Shown: one piece after another, positions 41,237 through 55,200 of the stretch
Layout: each line of letters starts with the position of its first letter
Numbering within the stretch: position 1 is the first letter of the stretch
NCBI GenBank assembly: GCA_050084985.1
Contig: JBITNC010000001.1
Location: forward strand, 28,954,001 to 29,018,000
Direction: 5' to 3'
Source of the DNA: Nageia nagi
Lineage: Eukaryota; Plantae; Pinophyta
Length of the DNA stretch: 64,000 nucleotides
Translations under genes and position numbers: made by a program
The notes under the pieces: generated by a model
Seen by the model: only the letters and a program-made list of their open reading frames with translations
Databases searched by the model: none
Told to the model about the DNA's origin: nothing

Positions 41237-43574
41237 TATTGGAAATGGTTGAGCGCACTACTTCACTTTGTATTATTGCACATATAAATAGGTAATTACA
41301 TACTTAGAATACATACTAATCTTTGACTAGATTGTTCTAACAAACAACTAAATATACCACCTAAAATATTATGTATCCAAACACTCACTAAACATAGAGC
41401 TTGTTGAGATAAACTCAACTTATTACAAATATTCTTGCACGTGATATCCTTATCACCTAACTAATTTCTCCAACACTAATTTATCTAACACCCCTCTTAA
41501 TGAGAAATATCTAGATTTTATCATTAAACCATCATCTCATCTCCTCTGAATAGGAAGTGGCATCAGGCTTATTAACTAAACACCATCTTTAGCGATAATG
41601 GGCTCATCGATCTTCATTTGGAAATATTAGAATCACCATCATGAAATGTGTGGTGGTGAGTTGGCATCCACCATTACATTCTACCAAATAAGGATAAAAA
41701 CAAATTCACCTATCCAAGGCATTTGGAATCCTTCCCTCACAACACACATCCAAACAAGGGTTGGAGACCAAGCACATCCAATCAAGACTAATGGTAGTCT
41801 TCTTTCAATCTTCTCTCTAAGCTTCTAGAAGCTAGCAATAAAACTCCAACATTCAGGCTAATGGTATCCCTCTTCGAACTAAGCTTATGGTTGCCTGTAA
41901 AATCTTGCCATACAGGTTCTTGGCAACCTGCAATCCATGTATGAATGGGGATAAACACATACATTCACACATATAAATATTTTTTAACTTGACTTTACTC
42001 CATGAATGTTACTAAGCATCCTTATGGTAATCTCCTTATCTTATCAGATTACATGGATCACTAATCACTGTAACTGTCAAGTATCATAGAGAAATTTACT
42101 AAATACGATGTTCACTCTTATCGTTTGTAAGTCAAACCTTATGGAGAAAACTTTCAAGCCAAATGAACATCACTTGATCTTTCATCGAGTAGTGTCGTAA
42201 GGTAAGAGCCTTTTGTGAATTGGATCTTAAGGTTACCTTAGGATCAGGTTAGAGCCTCTACGTTGCATTTCCTTTCGTACTCATTCAATGCCTTTTTCTT
42301 TTTGTTCAATCAATGTAACATCATTAGAATATAATTTCTCCACTCTCCTCTTTTTTTTAAACTCCTTTCTAACAATAGTTATTCTTATTTGAAAAATATT
42401 TCTATCCTAAATATATACCTTATAACTCCAAACTAACCTAAAAATATCACATAAAATAACTTCCCTAACTTTCTTAATAAATAAAAAATATCTAAAAAAT
42501 AAATACAACTTATAAAACTAAATTCCCACATAAATAAAATAGTAAACACTATATAAACACTACCATGCCAAAAATGTTGGCCAATTTATCACCTCTCCGA
42601 CCCTACCAACTATCTATCATTATTTATCATTACCAACTCAACAAATAGAATCTTTATCCTCTCGTATGTAGTTCGATCAGTGAAGATTAAATCTCATTAA
42701 ATCCATACCTGTCTGTCTTCGACACGTTGTCAGCTTTGGACAACGTTTCTCCCATGTAGGATGTCTTATATCAGAGCCAATTTTCAAGAAACCACTCAAC
42801 TCCACGTGATTTTCTCCTTTGCTATGCATTAGATGTGATCTCAGTTTCTGTGAGCTTCAATGCAACCCCACAATTTGTGACTTTCCACGTTGTCTCACAA
42901 TCTACAGGCGTTGGACACCTTCATCTCGTGTATACATGTTGTCTTACTCTACTGGTTGTTCACCAGCTATATGCAATTTCTGAATGGTCTTCTCGTCTTA
43001 GCGTAAGACTTCCTTTTCTTTGGGTGTACAACTTTCAGTGTTCATTACAGATAGATCTCTTTCGATCATTGTGATTAACAAAATAAATCTATTTCACATA
43101 GGTTTTGTTGATTTTTCTACTATCTTTTCTCCTCAAATGTGATAGATACTGATTTTTCTCCTTTCCTCTATCAAATCTCCACATACAATAAAGTACAAAC
43201 ACAAACTAACTATACGATAAAACGAGTAAAGCTTAATCTACCTGTTTACAAACTAACACAGCGAAAAAAGAGTTTGTTGATTCTTCATAACCGGGAGGGG
43301 ACAACCTCACCAACCCGTAACCTGCTCTAATATCATATTAGAAATGGTTGACACACTACTTCACTTCATATTATTGTACATATAAATAGGTAATTATATA
43401 CATAGAATAGGATAATAATCTTTAAGTAGATTGTTGTAACAAACAATTAAATATACCATCTAAAACATTACGTATCTTAACACTCATTAAACATAGATTT
43501 TGTTGAGATAAATTTAATTTATTACAAATATTCTTACACATGATATCTTTAACACTTAATTAATTTCTCTAACA
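41237..43574 (-). mobile_element. Small non-autonomous LTR retroelement (~2.34 kb; LTRs 41237-41475 and 43336-43574)
   Basis: Two ~239-bp LTRs; TSD ATTGA (41232-41236 / 43575-43579); degenerate iMet PBS tgatattagagc (43324-43335); PPT ttaagagggg at ~41491-41500; no intact ORF. Confidence 0.92.
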
Positions 43575-43699
43575 ATTGAGTGACACTTAATTATATCCAT
43601 GCTCAAAGCCCTAAGGTTTAGAGAGATATTTTACCTAAAGAATTAGTATTATTTTCTTTGATGCTTCTATTTTGCTTAATATCAACCAAATATAATGAG

Positions 43700-44050
43700 A
43701 AACTATTAGCCCCTTCTATTCCATTTGCTAAGGGTGCCTCCTAGCCCCCTCTCTATATATTCTTATAGTTGAAGGTTTTTATTATCTTCTTACTACATAG
43801 TAGTGCAAGGGCTCATATAAGGGATTTCTTTACCCTATAACACATCCCAACTCATCAATGGGTAGTTTGTTGATGACTCCTTCCTTGCTCACCTTTAGGA
43901 GAAAGACTCTTTGAAATAGGCAATTCAAAGCCTTCACATCTTTTTCTTAGCCTTAGGATCCAATATTGAATGGCATAAGGCCATGAATTTTAGACAATCT
44001 TATGTGGTTATCTTAGAAACAAATCCTTTTAGGAGAACCTCTCTAACTTC
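43700..44050 (+). mobile_element. LINE reverse transcriptase fragment
   Basis: GCLLAPSLYILIVEG and ING*FVDDSFL (the QG…P and FADD RT motifs). Confidence 0.75.
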
Positions 44051-44939
44051 CATCTTCATATGTAGAAATTTAACATTTACTTGAAGTGGGAGTTATATTT
44101 CTATTATGAAAAACCAAAAAAATGTAATATTTTCTCAAGTTTAGATTATTAATTTTTTTTTTAATTATATTGATAAAATACAAATGCTCTTTGATGTCTT
44201 ATTGTAGATTTTAGTTCAACCCAATAAAGTATCTATGGAGGTAGCTCGTGTAGAGCCTCATTAACCATTAGGGGAATGCTCCATGTATTATCAATTGGGC
44301 ATCAATTGAGAAGACTAAGTATCCTCTTTGGGTCCAAGGAGTGATGACCATGCTCAACACCTTGCCACCATTCTCCTTACCATACAATGGACCCTTTGAT
44401 CATTCTAGACAAAGTTCCTTGTTTATCTTCGAGTATTTCTCCGACTACTAGGATTAATATCACCTAGATCATAATTATTAACTATTCAAATCTAATGGTT
44501 AGGTGGAACATAATTTATGACACTCATGTTGCTACTCCACACATAATCATTAAAAAGAAAAAAGATTTCACATTATGAATAGAAGATTGAAAGCCATCAA
44601 ACTCTCATTTATTAATTTTGTATGTGAATAAATTTTTAAAATGATTTTCTATCATCATTATTATTTATATGATATACTTTGAGACTTACAAAAACTTTTC
44701 ACCTTTTTATATAAAATGTTTATATTTATTTCCTAATAGAAACACTTAAAAAATAAAAATAAAAATTATCATATAAAGTGGTAGAAGGAATTGTAGGGTG
44801 AGACCACACAAACCAGCCACAAGCCCGTGTCTATACATAACAAAAGGGTTTGGTAGTGAGATGCAACTTTTTTTCGGCCGGCGTGAGGTTCTTGCACCCT
44901 CTACATCTCAAGATTGGGAAGACAGCAGCCCCAGGTCAC

Positions 44940-47900
44940 ATGGAGGGCAACACAACTGAAAACTTGTTTGCTGGACTTCCTCCTCCAGCTTCAGAATCGC
45001 AGAACAATAACCATAGTAATAATGCTTTAGATCGCAAGCCGGAAATTAAGCCCTCGCCCCCTCCCGTAGCCCTCAAAGGAGCGCTTAAGAGGCCCGCATT
45101 AGAAGTGGAAGAAAAGCCTGCAGATCAAGAATGTAAGTGATTTAATTCTTTCTTTCATTTATGGGAGATCAATTTAATGAATTTGAATATTTGTTAACCT
45201 GCTTTTTTTAGGGTTTGAATCGTATTTTTGATGATTATTGTATCCTTTGATTAGTGTATCATATTGTGGAGCTAAGGTATGCATGCCTGTCTTCTATTTA
45301 TTGTACTTTTATTTTAGTATAAAGAATCAGGGAATGCGATTTTTTGGTGTTAGTGTACAGATCTTGTAACGACATGTAAGTTTTAATTTGTTGAATAATT
45401 ATGAAATGCGATTCAAATATAATCGAAAATGTTCGATTTTAGGGTAAACTTTTTAGTAAAACGCGTTTGAACTTGCATAAGGATTCTTGAATCTCCACAT
45501 TTTTATAGAGTTGTTATGGTTTCACAAGGGTAAGGGAATTCATTTCATTAAAGTCACATTTGAATTTTGGTGAGCTCTGATCAAGTTTCGCATATTCTCT
45601 ATTGTACATCATCAATAGATAGTTGACATATATGGTAAAAGTTTAATTTAGTAGAAATCTGATCCAAGGATTGAGAGTTAGGGTTTCAAATTTGTTCTCT
45701 TATCCAGTGTATGTTTGCTATCTCTTTTCAATAGATTTAACCAAGTAATTATATATCATCAACTATACAAGTTGATCTATTTTTGCCATACAAGGTTTTG
45801 GTAATATGTTATAATTTGGCTTCTTTACAACAAAATTATTTTTATCTATCTCGCATTCAGATGTCTTGGATTCTCACCTTTTTTATGGATCGATAAAAAA
45901 TTTGCAGGCTTACTTAAAATTTGGTCTATAAAACATTAAATCTATCAGATTTTGAAATGAAGGGTTTTCCCTGGCTTGTTCTGTATTCTAAGAAAGTCTT
46001 AATCATAAGTTTTCCATCGCATAAGCTTTTTTCAAAACCAGTCACAATATCGACTCATGATTGCTTTGTCATTATCCTCAATGCTCTGCAGCATGAAGTC
46101 AATCCAGTCACTTGGGAATCCACCATATTCAGTTCAATGATTGTATAATAACAAAATTAATTGATTTCCCTATCAGGTTTTTGATATGTGCTTTATTTAA
46201 ATTTTATTTTTCTGTTCCATTTTGTTTTCAAATATGGCCTTGTTATAACGAGAACAAAACAATCAATATTATGTTGAAATTGATTGTAGACATATAAAAA
46301 TTCGAACAGATATAGATGTTCTCACCGGGCAATAAAACAAAAAATTGAAAACCAGGTAAATTTGTCATTGTTTGGTTCATGATAAATCTATCTTTGAACT
46401 ATAAAAATTTTCATGTTCCAAAAACATCAACTGCTGAAGTTGGCTCATCAACATGAATGCTTTTGAAGAGCTTGTACGAGCATATTTTCTGGAGCTTCTG
46501 TATTTTACTATTTTACTTGCTCTAAACATTTCATTGAGGGTGTTTTGAAGATTGATTGGTGATGAGATTTTGTGAAGCATGGTAAACATGTGAAGATGCC
46601 TCCATACCTTAAGAGTTTTATGTCTCATGTGAAAGAATTCATCAAACTAGTTATCATCGTTTATGAGAGAAGATGCCTTAGGTTAAAGACCCATTGTAGA
46701 CTATAGTTGTTACAAGAAATGGTCCAGATGAAGAAAGTTGAAGATTGGTGTTGGCAAAGTGTGGAGCAACAATCATTACATGCTTATTAATGGTGTATTG
46801 TTTGTTTTCCATTTCATTCATGATCCTTACAATTGAGATAATTATATATATGCACAAATTCTTGTTGTGCAGGATTTATAGACCATTTGATTTTTACATG
46901 ATGTATTACGTAAGTTGCAATTTGTGAAAGGGAGTACTGCAAGAGCTTTTCTGCCTGAACACTTGGAGGTCATCTTACTTCTACCCAATATTTTGAATAT
47001 TTTAGTTCAACTGACACTGGTTAGTGGTTACTAGTGAAGACCGTTCTATGCATCAATTATGCTAATCGTAATGCAAGCAGTTTGCAAACCCTCATGTACT
47101 CTATGGACAGGAATATAATTACTTTCAACAATAAGAAACTGGTTGCAGAAAATAATGCGTTATTACTTCACCAGCAAAAGACCCTTGAGTGTTTGTGTGG
47201 ATCAATGACATGACCGTATGTTGATCATGATGTTTCCATGTAGATAGACAATTATTAGGGTGGTTCTGTACGATATATGTTGTTGTTGTTGAGCATCTGT
47301 GACGAGACTAATCAAGATGATTCTGGCAGTGATGATCTTCACTCTTGACATGGGTGCCTAGAATTGTGATGCTGCTGATTATAAAGCTCAACTTCAAGTT
47401 AAATTCTTAATTCAAATGGTGGCAGTTATGATGGTCTTGATGCATCTCTTATGTGTTGGATACAACATAGGTAACTTGTGCCCGGGTGCTAGCTTGAAAC
47501 ATGTTGCTTTGTTGCTTGGAACACTTCAATATGATTTGTCGTTACAAATTTACAATGTGCAGGATCTCCTCAACGTTTTGAGAACCTTGATCCAAACCCT
47601 TGTGAAACTTATTAGAACAGAGCATGATACAAAAATATTGGACATCTTTTACAATCTGAAATGTTACTTTTGGTTTGTCTTGTTTGAAGTGGTTGGGGCT
47701 TAGAGCTGCAGTTCATCAGGAAGCTGCTTGTTAGTTTGTACAATTTTTATGGTGAAGTCATCCATTCTTTTTAGTTGATCACAGTTTGTTTGCAAGAAGG
47801 AATTTTAGTTCTAGTTTGGATAGTATAATTCAAGTTCATAGGGTTACCTAACTTCATCTGTAAAGTCTTCAAATGGCCACTCTATTGATCATGATTGGGT

Positions 47901-49446
47901 AAATTACTGTGATTGCTATTTGTTGTACAGCATTTGGACTTAATTTTCTGATATCAACATGTTATATTACAGCATCAAAACGTGTGAGGTTTAGGATGAT
48001 AGTTGATGCAAGTGCAAAACAAGTTTTAGATGCCATGCAAAAGATAGCAACTCACATTGGAAATCCAATTAAATTCAGTAAGGCATCAAAATTGGCATTA
48101 CAGTTAATTCAAGCAAGGAGTGTCAATGCAGAAACTTGTGATCATTTTTTTGAGGTACTCCGAACTGGAATGTCCTCCTCAACCTCATGTACAGATCCTG
48201 GATTGAGAGCAGATTATCATGCACTTTTCTCTGCTGTACAAGATATACTTTGTGTAAGTTTTGCATTTATAACAAATAAGTGAGAATTTTATTGTTATTC
48301 TAGTTACACTTTATTCCTGGCTAAGGTTTGTTGTTACTTCTGCTATCAGTGCTTCAATACACAACAACAGAAGCAATTGGAGACTTGGATTATCCGTGCA
48401 CAAGTGGCAAATGATCTTTTTACTGATGACAGCTTTGTTGTAAGTTTCTCATTGTTTGTGTCCCATAATTATTTAGACCATTCACTTGAAGTGACTAGAG
48501 CAAGTTAGTAGGTTACAATCTAAGGCTTACATTTTGTTGCTACTTGGTGCTATTTTGACTTCATACTAGTTGTAGTGTTAGCTATTGTTTTAATATATTC
48601 ATTCCCCGTATAATAGCTTATGTTTCCTGTTCATTTGTTTTAGTTTTCAAAAGCTTCTGCAAGAGTAAGGCAAGCAATAAGCTTGTTACCTGAGGCATCA
48701 GAGGTAGATGATATCTTTGAAGAAAACCTCAGTATCCAGCAGAGAAGATGAAAATGGTTCTCTTAGAAAAGCCAAAGATGTAGCAGAGCAAAATTTTCAA
48801 GGATCAGAAAATGACTTGGCGTATCAGGTTTCATCTACAATACAGGAACCAGAGGCTGATCCATTTGGGTTGGATGCTCTTTTGGCAGAGCCAGCAAGAA
48901 AGGATGAGAAGGCAGAAAAAAGAAAGAAGAGGCTACTTTGAATAAAAAAGCCCAAGATGATACTACAAGGCTTCTTAGAGAACATCGAGAAGCTCTAATG
49001 CATTGTCTAGAAATAGCAGCTGAACGTTACAGAGTGCCATGGTAAAGAGTTATGATCTTCATGATTTTCTTTGATTTCCATTTGTTTCTTTTGTAGTTCT
49101 TTAAATGAGTATGTAAGTTTACTGGACAACAAATTACTTCATATTTGATTTGATAGCAAGTACTAATAATTTGTCCTTCAGGGCTCAAACCATTATCGAT
49201 ATATTGATTAAGCATGCTTTTGATAACATAGCAAGATTTACAACTCAACAAAGAAATGCAATAGAGAAACTCTGGGCATCAATACGAGAACAACAATTGC
49301 GAAGGAAACAAGGCAGGTCTACATCTGGGAAGCTTGATGTAACTGCATTTGAGCGGCTGCAGCAGCAATATGCAAATGAAAAGATCAGCATTCGCCATGG
49401 TGTTGGAGACAGTGGAGAGCGTCGTGCACAGCAGTGGCTGGGATGA
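44940..49446 (+). CDS. Conserved plant protein of unknown function (resembles Arabidopsis AT3G04560, from recall). Exons 44940-45132, 47973-48253, 48350-48439, 48644-49041, 49182-49446; exon 4 has two frameshifts as sequenced
   Basis: Canonical GT-AG introns with compatible phases; motifs NLFAGLPPP, DASAKQVLDAMQKIATHI..P.KFSKASKLA, ANDLFTDDSF, DPFGLDAL, GERRAQQWLG*. Confidence 0.85.
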
Positions 49447-50941
49447 TGTCATCATTACTGTCTAAATGCATCCATTTATATTCCAGACAACTTTCATGTA
49501 AGGGGAACATGGAGGCAATGCAAAGAAAATATTACTTCATACATTTAGTGAATATTGTATCTAAACTACTCCAGAGGCCCCAATTTATTTCTTGTACAGT
49601 ACAGTTAATCACAACAAAAAATATTGCTAAAATAAACTAGAATAGGCTCAACTACAACTAGGCTTCGTCTCATGTTAGAAAAAAATGCAAATTGCATCAC
49701 CAGCTAGCTACACTGCATTGTACTAGCTTTGATTCTGCATTTTATTGCGCTTTTTATACAATGTTTCAAAATTGTCATGCAACCTTTTTGGTAAAATTAT
49801 GCTTCATAGGCATATAACTGAAACAGCTATTCTAGAAAGTTTACTCCATAAATAACGTGTGCTTGGTATTAATTTTTTTTTTTTTGAATACATGTCTCTG
49901 CATATTAGAAATGGAATGTTCTTGAAAAGGAAAATTGAGTATAGAAATTTTGAAATAATAAAATAAACAAATGATGTTTGCTACTGATTCGAGGCAGGAA
50001 ATTTTCCTTAAAATCTAGGAGCAAATAAAAGTTGAAACTGACATTTTCAAAAACTCCATTTTGAGTTCACAAGAATAGGAAAACAATAAACATTAAAACC
50101 AAGCATTATAAGTAGTAGTACACTCAGCATCCAAGAAACTGACTTTTGATTTTTTTCCCTTGATCAATTCTACTTTTATAACTACTGTTTTAGGTGCATA
50201 AATAGTTTTTGCGCTTTTTTGCATTCCAACCAAAATTTGTTTGACATTTCTTTGTAGGTGGAACATCGAAAGGGCTGATATTGCAACCTTGTAAGTTCCC
50301 AATGTTGCACCAGGATTTTTACTGACTTTGTGTACTAACACTTTTAAAGAAAATGGCTTTGATAAATGTATTTAGAAGCTTGGAAGATGTTTGATCTTCC
50401 TTTATCAATGTTAGGATCTTGTGGCATCCATGTCACAAAAGAAAGAATACTGAACTAGGAATCAAAGACTTAACTGGAAGTTACAGGAATTTGATTTGAT
50501 GCCCTCAAAATGTTACCCCATGTGTGCTCTTATGTGAAGATTGAGCTCTTGGAAGTATTTCATTTAAGACTTCTGTTTTGTGTGTTAAACGTAGGACTAG
50601 AAGCCTTCAACTGTCAAGAATAGAAATTAATTTTAGTAAAGGCGGTCAACATTTCATCTAAGTGGAGATTGTTTTCTGTCTTGTTTTCAAGGCGTTGGCT
50701 AAGTAGCTACTTTGTTTTCTTGTGGGGTCTCAGGTTAACCAAGCATACTTTATTTATGACTCCAAATAAATTAGAGCTCAGCTGCTTGTGTTGACTACAT
50801 TGTACGTGTCTTGGAATGGGAAGTGCAGATTTTCAGCACCAGGAGTCAAAAAGGTTAGATCTACAGTTCTTCAATTACTACAACCTTCACACTTGAATAA
50901 AGATTTGCAATCTTAAAGCTGGTGATGTGTTTTATATGATC

Positions 50942-51059
50942 AATTTTAATTATTCTCTTCACCATCTAAGATTAAACCCAATTGATCTTAAAGCGGGTTG
51001 ATATGTTTTATATGATCAATTGGGTTTAATCTGAGATGGTGAACAGAATAATTAAATTT
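50942..51059. repeat. Inverted repeat with ~46-bp arms (50942-50987 / 51014-51059) whose loop duplicates upstream sequence
   Basis: aattattctcttcaccatctaagattaaacccaattgatc versus gatcaattgggtttaatctgagatggtgaacagaataatt. Confidence 0.9.
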
Positions 51060-51099
51060 GGTAAGCCTTTTATCTAAAAATTGTGCAATTTATAACAAA

Positions 51100-51310
51100 G
51101 GTGAAAACCAACAGTATGTATTAGGAAACCTATAAACTCCAATTGGAGTTTTGATGCATTAGGAAACCTGAAAACTGGTGGCACATAAATGTGACTTACT
51201 GTTGTTTGATGCATTAGAAAATCTGTAAACTGAAAATTTGTGTAACATAAATGGAACCTATCAGAGTTTGATGCATTATGGAACCTGTAAACCAGTGGCA
51301 CCTAATTGTA
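51100..51310. repeat. Short imperfect direct repeats (tttgatgcattaggaaacctg…tggcac)
   Basis: Three to four copies. Confidence 0.6.
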
Positions 51311-52226
51311 ACCTTGTGGAGTTTGAGTTCTCAATGTATTCATAATTTTCTAGATTATTAAGTTATGTTCTTAAAACCCTGGGAACAGAACATTCTGATT
51401 TTCAACAGTGCAATAATATTAGCTCACTAGTCCAAAGGCTTAAATGCGAATCCTGTGGGGTTGCCATTATTATGAGGATCACAGCCAGCGGAAAAGGTAT
51501 CATGTGTGTATGAGATAATTGTTTTTCATGTTCAAACATAACACTCAAGTAATATAAATTATTAGACCAACTCTACGCTCTGAATGGTGCAGCAAAACAC
51601 ATGATAATTATAAAAACATGAGATACAGGTAGGGTCAAAACTTACAGAAAGAGCAACCCTACTTTATCCTATATTGCTAACAGAAAGAGCATGCTAATAG
51701 AGAAGCTCACAGAAACGGAGCCCTCTTCAGAAGCACACAAGATACGAGTAGGGTCAAACTTAAAGATGAACCACATGCAACATTTAACAAATGTAATAAT
51801 TCAGTTTGAGAAAGGCAAACAAAATAATAGTCACATATTTGCAGCAAGTGAAATATCCTACAAGGGCTAAATTTGCTCTTTGAGCCGTATACACCATTAC
51901 TATACTTCTGTTAACCTATATCTGCTCGTAGAAGTGGACTACATGTCTCCATGTCAAAATTCGTAGCTTTTTTGCAACAAAAAAATGTATTTTTGTTGTC
52001 AAAAAAAGCATATAAAAGTCTTAACAAAATAAGCACTCCATATTTGATCTATTAATGTTTTTATGGACAATGAATACGAGAGATATCATACAACTTTCTT
52101 ATGCTAACAATTTTGGTTTAATACTGCATGCAACTTAAATGGCATCTTTCACAGGCCTTGATTTTCAACTTCAGCCTTAGTGCTAATGCTTATGCTCTCT
52201 GACAAAAGCTGAACATTGTGTTCCTC

Positions 52227-55200
52227 CTATGGTATGGCTTCTTGTTTAGTATCCATTGAACTGACTTTATTAACATCAATGTCACACTTGTGTTCATCTT
52301 TTGTCCCTGTATGTCTCGAACCATTTGGAGAGTCCTTGGTTTGAATCACTATACTTTCTGTGCCAAGTCTCTGGGTTTCCCTGTATTCAAACATCTCTCT
52401 TTTATACCGTTCTTTCTCTTTCCTACCAAGTTCTCGATAAGGCTGCCACAAAATTCAAGCTTAGTACATAATAAAGACATGGGTCTTCCAAAAATGACTA
52501 CGATATTGGTGTTTCTCATTTACTTACTAATTTTTCATTCTCTGAAAGTTGGTTCCATTTTTTTCCGATCATCTTGCTGATTGCTCTATCCTTATCAGGT
52601 TGGGTTGACTTCAACCTAGCTCTTTGCTCAGCAAAGAAAAAATTATAGGCAGTTTTGTTCTGCCTCGGTGCTTTTGGGTCCTTTCTACTTATTTTCTTCT
52701 TTCGGCTACATTCAGTTTGATGCTCCATGATAGTTGTTTTGTATTCTTTTTCAAATGCGGAAACAGTTGCACCTTGTGGTATTGTGCTGGAAGGGGGTGG
52801 ATGGTACAAAACGCAGGCCATTGTCTCTCCCCGAACTTTCACATTGGCAAGATAGCCATGCTCGAATTTTCCTTCGATAAACCCAGTAACAACACTTCCA
52901 ATTAATGAGGCTGGATCAACTGCATCAAAGTTGTGTCAATAATGATCAAACAATAATCAAATTTAAAATTTTTGTCTAGCAGTAAGATTACCTCCAAATG
53001 CTTGTCCAGAATCTATCTTTTGTTTTTGCACATATGCAGGAACCTCTAAAGGTGATTGTATATATTCAATTGCTGGAGGCACACACGAGATTGGATATAC
53101 CGGATGCCTGGGAACTATTCATACGGTAGAATTTAAACAATGATGCTTAATAAACACAATCTTACTGTAATGAACTTATTACATCCTGAAATCATTAAAG
53201 TAATTTAAAATTTTCCTACATACCTGAAAGAGGTATCACAGGTCCCTCCGACAGCACCCCAGCGCCCATATTCTGAAAGTAGACTTGTTCGTAGTGGAGA
53301 AGCAGATGACTATAGTGCTTCTTTAAGACATGTGAAGCGCTTGTAGTTGTTGGAGGAAAGTCAAAGATCGAAGTAATTGCCTTCCATTTTCTAAGTAGAG
53401 TAATCTGCATCATATAATTGGAAAACTTTTACATAGAGTTTTCAACTCTTGATTTAATGTAAGCGCAGAAACCTGGAAGTAGCAAATTGGTCATGATTTG
53501 AGAAAACATACCTGGAAATAGACAAATGCATTGCTACTTTACTGTTATAAGAGTTCAGACTATAGGCATGTATAAATTCTTGATACAAAACTACAGAAAT
53601 ATTGATGCTTACTACAGCCCTTACGTTCCATAGTTAGCATGTCTATATGATGAGGACTGGCACAAAAACGTAACACACATGAAAAAAATGCGGTTGATTT
53701 GGAAAAAGCTGCTTTAACTGGGAATGTCCTATGGGCATGATAACATATTTAAAATAAGTTCAGATTACAAAACAAACAGCATAATGGGGCAATATTGTAA
53801 CCAGTGTAGTGGTTTTTGCGCATAACATCCTACATATTCAGTCTCAACTAGAAAATGGGTTCAGGAAATTTCAATTCTGTGTATTACTCCCAACCCTTAT
53901 AGATGTTTAAAAAAAGTCTCTCCTTAAACATATTTTAACCACAGAATAGTATAGAATGTGTTAAATTATGACCAGAGTCCTCTCTATGTAGAGTTGGCAG
54001 AATCAAGCAATCTAATTAAACTTATGCGCAACTTGTTTTTAGTAAAATAAGTTAAATGAATAATATGTAAACATTTTTTTATCAACTTACCCTGTCATGA
54101 CCACCATGTGCTGTTACTTCTTTGTATAGAAGATGAAGATCTAAATCCCTGCCTCCTATCCTTGGAATTCTGCAGATCGAAAACATTTTTTTGATAAGAC
54201 TATAATCCTTCACATGTAACATCAAACATAGACATGGAAAACAAGATTTCAGCCAAAAAAACATACCACCCGTGGAAACTGTTGCATACCACACAGAAGG
54301 TAATCACAATCACAACAAGTGGACATCTTAATCGGTTATAACTGAGAATTAAGGAAAATATATTACTATTTTCAAACAAACAAAACGTGGGTTCCAATCA
54401 AGACCGAACATATACTTTTGATCTGTATAAATAACGGATAAGATATTTACTAAATCAACCACTCATAAATAATTAATCTAACTCTCCTTTGTTTTGAACT
54501 CGAGGCAGGTTGACTCATTGAGAATAATATTCTTAAATTTTAATATCCTTAGCTTCACTACTACAAGGCTGATTTAAACAACAATGTTGTTGTCTTCCTT
54601 TATAAGATAATTGCCTTGAATTGAGGCCTCCTTGCCTGCAATCTGATAAGTCGCTACTAACAACTATACGTGCAACAGTACCCTTTTCAATATTTTTGGA
54701 GACTTTGTTATCAATGCCAGGTCCAATAAACCCATCTTCCTTTCAAGCCATGGCTTTTAACACTTAATCTTTGCGTTCCAATTTCAACAAGAAAAGGTCT
54801 AAAGGACATGATGCTCATACTTTATTCCATTTTCAGTTCAACCTTTAAGAGTGATAGAAAATGTTCCTTGTCATGTTTACTTTTACATGTCTATATTTCT
54901 CTGAATGTAAATAATTTATTAGATTTCCCTCAAAAGGATGTGTCTATCCAAACACTGTCCACAAAGTTGTTTGCATCTCATCTTCCAATAGTTGCTTCAA
55001 AACATGCTTAAACATCTGATCTTTCATTTGTTTTTATTGTTTTGAAGTTTAAACTTTAGGTCTACCAAAATTTCCCCCTTTTTTCCATGTAATAGAAAAT
55101 CATCTCACCAGCCAAAATAAGTTAAACTTAACTACAAAGAATATATTTTTTTAGGAAAAGAATAAAATTTGATTCATAGCTCTCTATGATTGACAATAAT

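Noticed and set aside
48704-48922. Cryptic intron that would bypass both frameshifts
   Set aside because: No polypyrimidine tract, and it would delete the conserved DPFGLDAL motif.
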